Shown one piece after another: positions 16,802 through 24,834 of a stretch of DNA of 49,773 nt. Source of the stretch: a phage; sequence record PZ715804.1. One strand, 5' to 3'. Position numbers and translations under genes: made by a program. Below the pieces are notes generated by a model that saw only the letters and a list, made by a program, of their open reading frames with translations, did no database searches and had not been told where the DNA came from. How positions within the stretch are numbered: the stretch's first letter is position 1; every line of letters begins with the position of its first letter.

Positions 16802-17011
16802 TTACCAGGGAATATAATCATCAATGTCCTCATTGATATCATCACCAGGTAACTTAAAGTTAGGATCATATTCGCTTTCAGCATCCATATCCATATCACC
16901 AATAGCCTCATCAAGTGTTATTTCTTTATATGCGACCTTGATGCACCACTCGGCACTAAGCCCGACATCAAGTGCTGCAAAATAACGAGTCCAGAAATTA
17001 TCTTGTTCCAT
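16802..17011 (-). CDS. small highly acidic protein with SSB-C-tail-like terminus
   Basis: 69 aa; about 28 percent Asp/Glu; ends DDINEDIDDYIPW; GGAG RBS. Confidence 0.5.
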   Translation of the reverse strand: MEQDNFWTRYFAALDVGLSAEWCIKVAYKEITLDEAIGDMDMDAESEYDPNFKLPGDDINEDIDDYIPW

Positions 17012-17014
17012 TAA

Positions 17015-17239
17015 TTAGCTCCACGAATTAATGTAAATCGAGTTAGCCTCAAGCGTTGCACGAACGTCCGCATCTGTTGCATTTATCAGTCGAGGGCCTG
17101 GCACGCTTCCGATAACACTATTTCCGTTACGTGTCTTAGTTACCGTCATTGAAATAAAGCCTGAAGACTTATCCATTTTCACAACTACACGGCCTTTTGC
17201 GTTCAAGTGCTTGATGATATTCTCAACTTTAATGCTCAT
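17015..17239 (-). CDS. hypothetical protein
   Basis: 74 aa; AAAGGA RBS. Confidence 0.5.
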   Translation of the reverse strand: MSIKVENIIKHLNAKGRVVVKMDKSSGFISMTVTKTRNGNSVIGSVPGPRLINATDADVRATLEANSIYINSWS

Positions 17240-17455
17240 TTTAATTCCTTTGTTTCGTTTGGTGTGGGAGTAATATACCTCACTCCCTGGTGTGTGTCTT
17301 TAGCAATTTGTGCTATCAGTACTCAGAAATTACTTTGCACTCTTTGATTGTTCCTCCTAGCACTGATTTCTGCATCATTGCTTTTTGGCGACTATCGTAA
17401 ACGCGAACATTTTTTACGCTATTAAACTTGCCTGTATAAAAGGTGTGAACATAAA

Positions 17456-17776
17456 TCATTTTTTACCGTCCCATGTTTGATATGCCGTAACCAGGTTAAT
17501 GCTATGGTCGAACTCGTCAACGCTAAGCGATCCAATTCGAACAAGCTCCTTGTTGTGCTTAATGTCAATCATCAGGCTGTATGGATGACCTGGCACGTAT
17601 TTAAATAGACGCTTGCTGTCGGCAATGTCTGCGTTGATTCCGTAGAATCGGCCTACTGCCGCCTTAACGCGCTCCATGATGTTTTTTTCGTGGATTGCCG
17701 CCGCGTTATTCAGTGCCGCAACCGTGCTTCCGTTAATCTTCGGTGACTTCGTTGTGATTTTGTAAGTGTGGTTCAT
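17456..17776 (-). CDS. hypothetical protein
   Basis: Start at internal Met (MNHTYK) behind AGGGGGA RBS. Confidence 0.5.
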   Translation of the reverse strand: MNHTYKITTKSPKINGSTVAALNNAAAIHEKNIMERVKAAVGRFYGINADIADSKRLFKYVPGHPYSLMIDIKHNKELVRIGSLSVDEFDHSINLVTAYQTWDGKK

Positions 17777-17792
17777 TATTCCCCCTAACCAG

Positions 17793-17993
17793 TCAGGATA
17801 GCTTTCGAGCTTCATCAATGATAACAGGCTCAAGGCGTTCAAGTCGAACGCGGAACGTGTTCATAAATCCATCGTTATTCTTCAATAACTCGAAAGCGTC
17901 CGTAGCTTCAATGGCGCTACTACCCATGTAAGAGATCACGCGCTTCTGTGTCTTTCGTGAGATCGCCACCACTCGGTAAATGTTATCGCTCAT
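17793..17993 (-). CDS. hypothetical protein
   Basis: Start at internal Met (MSDNIY) behind AAGGAGG RBS. Confidence 0.45.
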   Translation of the reverse strand: MSDNIYRVVAISRKTQKRVISYMGSSAIEATDAFELLKNNDGFMNTFRVRLERLEPVIIDEARKLS

Positions 17994-18357
17994 ACAATGC
18001 CTCCTTAACACGGTCCGCAATGCAGGAGTTGACGGTGATTGAATAGTTAGCCACGCCCCACAATGCGACGTTTCCAAGCTCTGTACGCATAGATGGGTTA
18101 TTTAGCTGGATGATTGTCTCGCCAGTATCGTTATCGACGAAACGAGATGCGCCAGAACGGTCCACCACGCGCGTTACGCGGTTAACACACTCCATTGCAT
18201 CACTTACACCGTAATAAGAGCTTAGAGCGGCTCTCACGGCTTTCTCTTGCTTGTTGTAAATCTTGCGCGCAATGTTCTCGATCGCTACGTTCTCTTTCTC
18301 GTCAGTCTGGATTGCTGTGCTTGCTGAGAAGTCCAGGTCTACGAATTGTTTAAACAT
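17983..18357 (-). CDS. hypothetical protein
   Basis: 124 aa; GAGGAAAG RBS; downstream of minus-strand cassette 18389-18433. Confidence 0.5.
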   Translation of the reverse strand: MFKQFVDLDFSASTAIQTDEKENVAIENIARKIYNKQEKAVRAALSSYYGVSDAMECVNRVTRVVDRSGASRFVDNDTGETIIQLNNPSMRTELGNVALWGVANYSITVNSCIADRVKEALYER

Positions 18358-18388
18358 GATTCTTTCCTCATTTGCTGTTGATGGGATG

Positions 18389-18433
18389 ACTATACCAGCC
18401 CTCCCGCATTTTCGTTTAGCAAAAAGTGCTATT
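18389..18433 (-). promoter_or_regulatory. motif-spacer-(-10) cassette (minus strand)
   Basis: Minus-strand reading TAGCACTTTTTGCTAAAC, 22 nt spacer, TATAGT; then GAGGAAAG RBS. Confidence 0.5.
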
Positions 18434-18618
18434 TAGAATTTTACATCTTCAACAAGCTCAACCATTTTGTAACCAAGTCGATAGGAGTCACCGAACAACA
18501 ACAGACCCATAAATTCATCGTTGGTTATTGACTCCTTGCCAACAGTTTTAAGCTCTCCGTTGTGAATCACAGTATCGCCGATCTTGATTTCTGATTTATG
18601 AACTAATTTTGTTTTCAT
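18433..18618 (-). CDS. hypothetical protein
   Basis: 61 aa; weak RBS; stop lies inside a motif copy. Confidence 0.4.
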   Translation of the reverse strand: MKTKLVHKSEIKIGDTVIHNGELKTVGKESITNDEFMGLLLFGDSYRLGYKMVELVEDVKF

Positions 18619-18633
18619 TTACTGGCCTGTTAA

Positions 18634-18819
18634 TTAGAAGAAAGATACGTAGTTTGCAATACCTTTAGCGTCGTCGTTAGGCATTGCTTTGACAGCAAGA
18701 TCATAACCAGCCTCGACCTTCTGCTTTGCTGACTCTTCGTTGTATCCCCAAATAACCAGGATCTTAACTACGTTTTCTTTGTTCAGAACTTTAAGGTCTT
18801 TAGTGATGCGACGTGCCAT
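18634..18819 (-). CDS. hypothetical protein
   Basis: Start at internal Met (MARRITK) behind GAGGAA RBS; downstream of cassette 18853-18898. Confidence 0.45.
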   Translation of the reverse strand: MARRITKDLKVLNKENVVKILVIWGYNEESAKQKVEAGYDLAVKAMPNDDAKGIANYVSFF

Positions 18820-18852
18820 TTTGTTTTTCCTCAATCTCGTTTCGATGAGGTA

Positions 18853-18898
18853 ATTATGCCAAATCACACCGATCGAGTTTTAACAAAAAGTGCTATTT
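18853..18898 (-). promoter_or_regulatory. motif-spacer-(-10) cassette (minus strand)
   Basis: Minus-strand reading TAGCACTTTTTGTTAAAAC, 22 nt spacer, CATAAT; motif also encodes the Dcm-like C-terminus. Confidence 0.5.
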
Positions 18899-19584
18899 GC
18901 GATTGCTTTAAAAAATCCCCTGGGCGACAGGGATCGTATCAGCTTAGTTTTGGCAGACTTGCCGCCTAGCTTACTGTGCTGTGCAGAGTACCCGTCAGGT
19001 AGGCTTACAGGTTTTCTCTCGGGCATGACAAAATCGTCAGAGGTCCAAAGGCAAGTTTTCTTCGGGTAAGCATCGCGCGGCGCAATATACATCGGGAACC
19101 AGGGGTGTGAGTCATTCTCAGGAAGATAGCCGCCATACTCCCAGGGATTGAAGGAGTGATTTGGTTTTCTCCAGGCAGATGACAGGACGCTAACCGGATT
19201 CTCAATGATGTAAGTCACGCCCAGGGCGTCGCCAATATTTGCAGCAATCCGGGCGGTGGCAACAGCCTTCTCCTGGAATAACGGATCGCGTTCACGCTTT
19301 CTTGCGAAGTGAGCGGCACCACTAACAGCCAGGTCAGTGCACGGAGGGAAAGCCATAATGAAATCCGGCTTGCCATACACGCCAGCGATAGCATCACGCT
19401 CAAACGCTGCGTCAATGAACACGTTCACATACTCAATGTTCTGATGCTCCACTCTGGCATTGCACTTTGCATAATCCCCGTGATCGGCTCCGTCAAAGTT
19501 GAAGCACATCACCTTGTGACCTTGCTTAGCCAGTTCATGACCTGCAAGGCCGGAACCGTCGAATAGCGACCAGATTAATTTCAT
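18880..19584 (-). CDS. dcm: DNA cytosine-5 methyltransferase-like protein (short, Dcm-like)
   Basis: 234 aa; motif I LFDGSGLAG, motif IV FPPCTDLAVSG, ENV-like IIENPV; C-terminus ...ANSTFC* is encoded by the repeated motif. Confidence 0.6.
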   Translation of the reverse strand: MKLIWSLFDGSGLAGHELAKQGHKVMCFNFDGADHGDYAKCNARVEHQNIEYVNVFIDAAFERDAIAGVYGKPDFIMAFPPCTDLAVSGAAHFARKRERDPLFQEKAVATARIAANIGDALGVTYIIENPVSVLSSAWRKPNHSFNPWEYGGYLPENDSHPWFPMYIAPRDAYPKKTCLWTSDDFVMPERKPVSLPDGYSAQHSKLGGKSAKTKLIRSLSPRGFFKAIANSTFC

Positions 19585-19616
19585 TGCAAATATCCTCTGA
19601 TTGGTTGATGTGATGA

Positions 19617-19662
19617 ATCATACCCTGCCAGCCTGACCAAATCGTTAGCAAAAAATGCTATT
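19617..19662 (-). promoter_or_regulatory. motif-spacer-(-10) cassette (minus strand) upstream of the Dcm-like gene
   Basis: Minus-strand reading TAGCATTTTTTGCTAAC, 22-23 nt spacer, TATGAT; then CCAATCAGAGGA RBS. Confidence 0.45.
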
Positions 19663-20276
19663 CCAATAGTTGCTCATTATTCCATCATCAATGGAATATC
19701 TGGAATAATTACGATCCCGATTGATCTCGAATGATGAAATGTGATTGTTGCATGGCGTGCAACTGTTGATGTGATTATTGCTTAGAATGCAATGATTGTG
19801 AGAGGGAGAATTTAGTGTTACCCGGTTCGCCTGGTGGTCATCTCCATTTTTAGCAAAACGTGCTATTCGTCTATGCGGTAGTTGTAATTGTCGTAATAGT
19901 TGTATACCATCAGGGGTGTTACAAAATGGCCCGAGAATCGATAGGCCTATAGATAATAAAATATCTATATATAATAATAAGATAGATAATATATATTTAT
20001 TTATTTATTATATTATATATTGGTATGTAATCGGCGTAATAGGTGCAACCGCATTTTTTGAGGGTGGCATATATTTCGTGATGCATAGTATAAAAAACAT
20101 ACTATTCCGCGCGCATAAATAGATGTGCTTGCTTTTATAGAAAAAGTCGGTTGCATCGGTTGCACTGGTTACAAAAATAAAAAATGCAGCTATAGACATT
20201 GACGCGCCTGACGTTGTAGCTGTAACATGTTTTTCGAAGTTGAAAGTTACACCCATAGACAACGAGGTATAGACAA
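19663..20276. promoter_or_regulatory. repeat-rich intergenic control region between divergent early blocks, with AT-rich core (about 19938-20018) and three ATAGACA words (20192, 20255, 20269)
   Basis: No convincing ORF; short palindromes (TTCCAT-N5-ATGGAA, GTTGCATGGCGTGCAAC), repeated TGATGTGATT words, about 80 bp of almost pure A/T. Confidence 0.5.
19847..19869 (-). promoter_or_regulatory. motif copy (minus orientation) with no downstream gene, at the edge of the AT-rich control region
   Basis: Plus-strand TTTTTAGCAAAACGTGCTATTCG. Confidence 0.35.
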
Positions 20277-20852
20277 GTGAAAACTCAGCTTAAAGAAGTG
20301 ACAGGATTTGAACTCAACCTGCCGGACTATATTCGAAAGGCGATTGAAATCCACCAATCAGGGAATGAGTTCTCAATCACTGGAAAGCAAATGGTTGAAG
20401 TGTACGTCAATGAGCAGGCCGAGATTGTAAAGGCTACTCAGGGCGTGGAGCTTAACGATGACCAGATCGATGAGGCTGTCGTTAACGAGTACACATCTCG
20501 ATCAGCCTGGTTGATCGAACGACTCACCGCGTCGTATGTGTCCAATATCATCAAGCGCCATATGCTCAAGGTTCACAGTAAGGCCGTATCCGTGCGAATC
20601 AATCGCGATCAGGTGGATGGCGTTACGATATTCATCGCCAAACTCGAAGGCGAGGAGGCAGAGAAGGCCATAGGCGAAGCGAAGCAGGGTAAGAGAGGCC
20701 GGAAGCGAAAGAGCATATCCGACGTGTTCAATGCGAAGGTTGAAGCGTTCAGGATCGACCTGAGAGATTTTGAAGGTAGCAATATCTCAGTGTCGGATCT
20801 CAATAAGCTGGTTGAGCAGCTCCGATCACATTTACTTGATGAGGAGAAGTAA
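20277..20852 (+). CDS. hypothetical protein (191 aa), first gene of rightward early block
   Basis: ORF track; GTG start after GAGG; basic stretch KQGKRGRKRK. Confidence 0.5.
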   Translation: MKTQLKEVTGFELNLPDYIRKAIEIHQSGNEFSITGKQMVEVYVNEQAEIVKATQGVELNDDQIDEAVVNEYTSRSAWLIERLTASYVSNIIKRHMLKVHSKAVSVRINRDQVDGVTIFIAKLEGEEAEKAIGEAKQGKRGRKRKSISDVFNAKVEAFRIDLRDFEGSNISVSDLNKLVEQLRSHLLDEEK

Positions 20853-20854
20853 TC

Positions 20855-21013
20855 ATGAGCAAGATTAAAAGTGAAAGCAAAAATAGCATTAGCAGTCACA
20901 TGGACGCGTTCAAGCTGGATGCTAAAAAACTGAGCACGAACCGCATTCGACTTAGTGACGTAAACGAGATCGTTCGCCAGATGAAAGAGCATATTGAAAA
21001 GTGTGGACTGTGA
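20855..21013 (+). CDS. small hypothetical protein
   Basis: 52 aa (MSKIKSESKN...), not in track; ATG 3 nt after previous stop. Confidence 0.35.
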   Translation: MSKIKSESKNSISSHMDAFKLDAKKLSTNRIRLSDVNEIVRQMKEHIEKCGL

Positions 21014-21028
21014 TCGCTGAGCGGTAAA

Positions 21029-21071
21029 TAGCACTTTTTGTTAAAGCCCGGTCGAGAGGATCGGGTATTAT
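21029..21071 (+). promoter_or_regulatory. motif-spacer-(-10)-hairpin cassette
   Basis: TAGCACTTTTTGTTAAAG, 22 nt spacer, TATTAT. Confidence 0.5.
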
Positions 21072-21103
21072 CTTTTCATCGACACGATACAGAGGAAACG
21101 AAG

Positions 21104-21298
21104 ATGGAAACGCAAATTGACGTAGTGGTTGTTCAGCGCGATTCAACTCACGAAAATGGTCTGTTCAAGAAAGGAACCGAAATCACGATCGACATTGAGG
21201 ATATGGTGGCGTATCACTCAGGTCTTACCTGGAACGTGGTGCGCGTTGGCAGCGACTACAAACTCAAAGGCTTTAACACTTACTTTGCGGAGGCTTAA
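21104..21298 (+). CDS. hypothetical protein
   Basis: 64 aa from ATG behind GAGGAAACG RBS, downstream of cassette 21029-21071. Confidence 0.5.
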   Translation: METQIDVVVVQRDSTHENGLFKKGTEITIDIEDMVAYHSGLTWNVVRVGSDYKLKGFNTYFAEA

Positions 21299-21300
21299 TT

Positions 21301-21771
21301 ATGGCGACCATTACCGTATTCCTGGCTAAAGATGAGCTTGATGGCGAAATGTCATTCTTCGCGTTTGAGCACAAGACAGGATCGCACTGGCATACGTACA
21401 CTCACTACACGGTCATATCAATTGAGGCGTACGATGACGAACTGCTCACTGACAAACTGAGTAATTTCATTGAAGCCGTTAAAGCTAGCGGCGGCTGCGA
21501 GTGGAAGGAAGATCACGAAGTTATGCGAATGTTTGAGATGGTCAATCCGGTTCGCCTTGAGTCGTTCGAACTTGATGCTGATGTGACTATCAAGGTGAGA
21601 AAGTCGGGTGAGCTATTGCCAGGGATGCGTGTGCTGACTGGTTACTCGGGCCGTAAGGTGTGGCGCACTGTATCTAAGATTCGCCAGCGTTCGGCAACAT
21701 GCTATAGCGTATTCTTTGATGATGGTTGGAATATGATGTCAGGCAGTGAGGTAAAGTATCTCACCAAATAG
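21301..21771 (+). CDS. hypothetical protein
   Basis: 156 aa; stop TAG is the first triplet of a motif copy. Confidence 0.55.
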   Translation: MATITVFLAKDELDGEMSFFAFEHKTGSHWHTYTHYTVISIEAYDDELLTDKLSNFIEAVKASGGCEWKEDHEVMRMFEMVNPVRLESFELDADVTIKVRKSGELLPGMRVLTGYSGRKVWRTVSKIRQRSATCYSVFFDDGWNMMSGSEVKYLTK

Positions 21772-21817
21772 CACTAATTGTTAAAACAGGATCGGGGTAT
21801 CTTGCTATAGTTACCCC
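21769..21817 (+). promoter_or_regulatory. motif-spacer-(-10)-hairpin cassette
   Basis: TAGCACTAATTGTTAAAAC, 22 nt spacer, TATAGT in hairpin GGGGTA...TACCCC. Confidence 0.55.
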
Positions 21818-21849
21818 ATCAAAACGAGATACCAATCAGAGGATTCACC

Positions 21850-22080
21850 ATGTCAATCATCAAGAACCAACAAGCCATCGACTCAACCAGCCACAACCGC
21901 TTTGCTATTTTCATCACTCGCGACAACAAGCGATTTGCTGTCAGGGCCGTACCGGGTGGGTACAAAACATACATGGAAAATAACGGAAAGTGGGTGCGCT
22001 GCGAAAACCTTGCAAACTTCTTGGTATGGAATGGCGAGTTTCAAGGTCGTGATGATATCAGCACTTTAATTGAGGAATAA
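21850..22080 (+). CDS. hypothetical protein
   Basis: 76 aa; ACCAATCAGAGGA RBS context. Confidence 0.5.
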   Translation: MSIIKNQQAIDSTSHNRFAIFITRDNKRFAVRAVPGGYKTYMENNGKWVRCENLANFLVWNGEFQGRDDISTLIEE

Positions 22081-22086
22081 ATAATC

Positions 22087-22314
22087 ATGCCGAGTTACAG
22101 TAACCTAACCAAACTAATCCGCGTAAACGGGCACATGATCCCGGCCAAATCTACTCACTGCGCGAAAGGCGCAAAACACGGATTATATTTCAAGTGGCGC
22201 GGTCAGTGGAACTTCACAGCGGTGAGTAATTTTTACATGCGAGTGCCTGGAGACGATCCGCAATCGGTAGTAGAAAACTCAATCGGTGAAAACAAGATCG
22301 AGGTACTAAAATGA
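22087..22314 (+). CDS. hypothetical protein
   Basis: 75 aa; ORF track. Confidence 0.5.
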   Translation: MPSYSNLTKLIRVNGHMIPAKSTHCAKGAKHGLYFKWRGQWNFTAVSNFYMRVPGDDPQSVVENSIGENKIEVLK

Positions 22315-22421
22315 ACTTCAATACAATAGCGCTATGGTCTGCCGTCTGGTTCTTCTGCATGGGTCACGTCATGGTCGGCATCGCGGTAATGCTTCTCCTG
22401 TGTGCGGGGGCGTTCGAATGA
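22311..22421 (+). CDS. small hydrophobic membrane peptide
   Basis: 36 aa (MNFNTIALWSAVWFFCMGHVMVGIAVMLLLCAGAFE), not in track; GAGG RBS; start overlaps previous stop. Confidence 0.35.
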   Translation: MNFNTIALWSAVWFFCMGHVMVGIAVMLLLCAGAFE

Positions 22422-22591
22422 TGCGGATTCTGATTTGCATGATGGCAGCGGTAGCTCTTGCTATCCTGTTAGTGTCAGGCTGCGTAGAGGTAAAAGATAG
22501 ATGCCACAAGACCGGAGGCCAGGTTACTACGTTTGTGATGGTTGGCAACGTTTTGCTACCAATCACATCAAATGAGATCACTTGCGAATAG
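22418..22591 (+). CDS. small lipoprotein
   Basis: 57 aa from internal Met; signal MMRILICMMAAVALAILLVSGC with lipobox LVSGC. Confidence 0.45.
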   Translation: MMRILICMMAAVALAILLVSGCVEVKDRCHKTGGQVTTFVMVGNVLLPITSNEITCE

Positions 22592-22600
22592 GATGTTAAA

Positions 22601-22792
22601 ATGGCTGATTTTATGCACCAAATGATTGCAGTATTCAAAGGTAGTGATGACCAGGAAGTGAAAGAGTGCTTTACCGTTGACAAGCCTTATAACGCGTCAC
22701 TAACCAGCTTCGGGAATATCTCATTGCTTGATGATAATGGCGATCCCTGGATATTCGATGAAGATACGGATTGCTTCGAAATTAAAGAATAG
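22601..22792 (+). CDS. small acidic hypothetical protein
   Basis: 63 aa; stop TAG is the first triplet of a motif copy. Confidence 0.45.
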   Translation: MADFMHQMIAVFKGSDDQEVKECFTVDKPYNASLTSFGNISLLDDNGDPWIFDEDTDCFEIKE

Positions 22793-22838
22793 CACTTTTT
22801 GTTAAAACGCGTTCATGGGGTTGCGATATAGTAACCCC
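22790..22838 (+). promoter_or_regulatory. motif-spacer-(-10)-hairpin cassette
   Basis: TAGCACTTTTTGTTAAAAC, 22 nt spacer, TATAGT in hairpin GGGGTT...AACCCC. Confidence 0.55.
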
Positions 22839-22863
22839 ATCAACAACGAAACGAGGATTTACC

Positions 22864-23070
22864 ATGAAGCTGCGATGCATTGAATCAAATCAGATTAACT
22901 ATCATGAAGGATTTGAATACATGGCTCAAATCGATAGCTTTGTCAACAAAAACGGAGAGGTTATTGATGTGGTTCATGGAGTGTATACGTGGTTCTACTT
23001 TGACAAGAAAGCGCTAACGGCCACTAAGCGTAATGGTGATGTAGTTGCTAAATTTAAACGTGAACAGTGA
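22864..23070 (+). CDS. small hypothetical protein (MKxxKC small-domain family)
   Basis: 68 aa (MKLRCIESNQINYHEGFEY...). Confidence 0.5.
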   Translation: MKLRCIESNQINYHEGFEYMAQIDSFVNKNGEVIDVVHGVYTWFYFDKKALTATKRNGDVVAKFKREQ

Positions 23071-23081
23071 GGATTGAAATC

Positions 23082-23570
23082 ATGAAAATTAAATTACTTT
23101 GCACTGGCGGTTACAAAGGATTTACTCGCGACCTGGAAGCCGACCCAATTATCGTTGACGCGGTGAAGTGCGATGATAGCCTGGGAGGCTACCGCGTCAA
23201 GGTCGATGACCTGGTTAAAGCTGGCGTGTACGATCTGGATTACGGCTTGCGAGTTATCCCTGAAGTTGGCCCGGCAGACTTTAACGAGAAAGACGGAACG
23301 ATGTTCTTTTTTGATTGGGAAGTTCAAGAGAACGTCAAGCCTCGTAAGGTTCGACTTCTCAACAATGGCGGCTACCCGATGAGACCAGGTTATGAGAATC
23401 GCACGTTCCCAGTTATTGTGGACTTCACCGAAATCACTAACAACCTTGTCTACGTTAGCCATGAGCAACTTAAGGCTGTTGGATTTGTTGGTGGCATGCA
23501 TAAAGAAGCGCTTTGCTTCGTTCGAGAAGAAATGCACGGTTACTATTCTGAGTGTGAGCTAGTCTACTAA
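23082..23570 (+). CDS. hypothetical protein (N-terminal MKxxKC-type domain)
   Basis: Start at internal Met (MKIKLLCTGGYKGF) behind GAGGA RBS. Confidence 0.5.
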   Translation: MKIKLLCTGGYKGFTRDLEADPIIVDAVKCDDSLGGYRVKVDDLVKAGVYDLDYGLRVIPEVGPADFNEKDGTMFFFDWEVQENVKPRKVRLLNNGGYPMRPGYENRTFPVIVDFTEITNNLVYVSHEQLKAVGFVGGMHKEALCFVREEMHGYYSECELVY

Positions 23571-23615
23571 GCACGAATTGTTAAAAGGGGATTTGGCCTG
23601 ACTGGTATAATCCCC
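23570..23615 (+). promoter_or_regulatory. motif-spacer-(-10)-hairpin cassette
   Basis: AGCACGAATTGTTAAAAG, 22 nt spacer, TATAAT in hairpin GGGGATT...AATCCCC. Confidence 0.55.
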
Positions 23616-23641
23616 ACATAAACCACTAAGAGGAAGTCATT

Positions 23642-24127
23642 ATGTTGAAATTAAACGAGATTAAATTCCCTGTAGTTTTTAACACTATTAGCTGTGGAAA
23701 AATAACCTGCCATAGCAAAGACCGTGCAACAGATTCGTCATTCAATGAGTGCCATCCGTCTATCGTTGGTAATCTCATTGAGCTTCATAACAATCACAAC
23801 CCTGATAACATCCCATCCCTTCCATATTATGTTGAGTATGTTGGTCCTGGCTGGAAAGCTGGCCGAGCAATCTTTCATAGCGCAAAGCCAGAAATCAAGC
23901 CAATACTACAATGTACTCAGATCGAGAACATGCCAGTTAGCGCGACGCTAAAGGGAGTCCAGCTTGATGATAAATCCTGGCTTGAAATCACCGCCACACC
24001 GAAGACGATCGAGGTGCATGACGATATTATTACGTTGTTATTGCATTACGGTGGATTTAAGCACAAGACTGTATCAGGTGAAATCAGCATCAAGCGCGGA
24101 ACGCTTGTACGCTATGAGGTGAAATAA
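23642..24127 (+). CDS. hypothetical protein
   Basis: 161 aa; AAGAGGAAG RBS. Confidence 0.5.
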   Translation: MLKLNEIKFPVVFNTISCGKITCHSKDRATDSSFNECHPSIVGNLIELHNNHNPDNIPSLPYYVEYVGPGWKAGRAIFHSAKPEIKPILQCTQIENMPVSATLKGVQLDDKSWLEITATPKTIEVHDDIITLLLHYGGFKHKTVSGEISIKRGTLVRYEVK

Positions 24128-24276
24128 TGGCTGCATGGGTTTTGATTATCTTGATGAGTACCGGGCCGGATCACGTATACATGGAAAGCCAACAATCATG
24201 CAATAAGGCACGGGAAGTTATCGCAGAGAATAAGCCGTTCGGGTACGAAGTAAAAACAATGTGCGTTAAACGATAG
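24127..24276 (+). CDS. small hypothetical protein
   Basis: 49 aa, not in track; start overlaps previous stop; stop TAG begins a motif copy. Confidence 0.3.
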   Translation: MAAWVLIILMSTGPDHVYMESQQSCNKAREVIAENKPFGYEVKTMCVKR

Positions 24277-24320
24277 CACGAATTGCTAAACCTTCCGAAA
24301 GGCCATTTGTTATAATGGCC
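24274..24320 (+). promoter_or_regulatory. motif-spacer-(-10)-hairpin cassette
   Basis: TAGCACGAATTGCTAAAC, 22 nt spacer, TATAAT in hairpin GGCCAT...ATGGCC. Confidence 0.55.
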
Positions 24321-24356
24321 TTATTGAAGCAAGGCAACCAATCAGAGGAATAGGAT

Positions 24357-24560
24357 ATGGCTACACGACTCACTCAATGGCAGATTTACGACAAGGCATC
24401 GCGCCTACGTTAATCACTTCGTGGACTGACGCCGAATGACCGAATGGAGATTATCGGGCACGCATTGCACGAACTCACGCCGCCGGACGTAACCTATCAC
24501 TCATGCGGAAACAAGTTTTGGAACGTGACATTCGAGGTAAAGAAAGATGAGCAAAACTCA
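24357..24560 (+). pseudogene. ORF interrupted by a single in-frame TAA (18 codons, stop at 24411-24413, then 49 further sense codons in the same frame)
   Basis: ATG behind cassette 24274-24320 and ACCAATCAGAGGA RBS; reading frame continues open after the TAA to 24560. Confidence 0.3.
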
Positions 24561-24834
24561 TAAGTTAAAAATCGCCCCGGTACATTTCATCGGAGTAATG
24601 AACGGAACCAAAACGGCAGAGTTCCGCATCAATGACCGCAACTTCCAGCCTGGCGATATCCTGGAGCTATGCGAGTTCGATCGTGACGAGTTTACCGGGT
24701 GGGAAGTACACGCCAGGGTATCAGATGTTACCGATGTGACTCCGTACATCAATCGCTGGTATGACGACAAAGAATGTGACTTCACGCAATACGTGATGTT
24801 ATCAATCAAGCCTTACAGGAAGATTAGACCATGA
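24547..24834 (+). CDS. ASCH-like / DUF3850-like small protein
   Basis: 95 aa; pattern HKLKIAPVHFIGVMNGTKTAEFRINDRNFQPGDIL recalled as DUF3850-type. Confidence 0.5.
   Translation: MSKTHKLKIAPVHFIGVMNGTKTAEFRINDRNFQPGDILELCEFDRDEFTGWEVHARVSDVTDVTPYINRWYDDKECDFTQYVMLSIKPYRKIRP

Noticed and set aside
19916-20122. 68 aa ORF in the ORF track inside the AT-rich intergenic region
   Set aside because: Alternative GTG start, no RBS, low-complexity Ile/Tyr/Asn-rich translation of an A/T run; better explained as non-coding control DNA.
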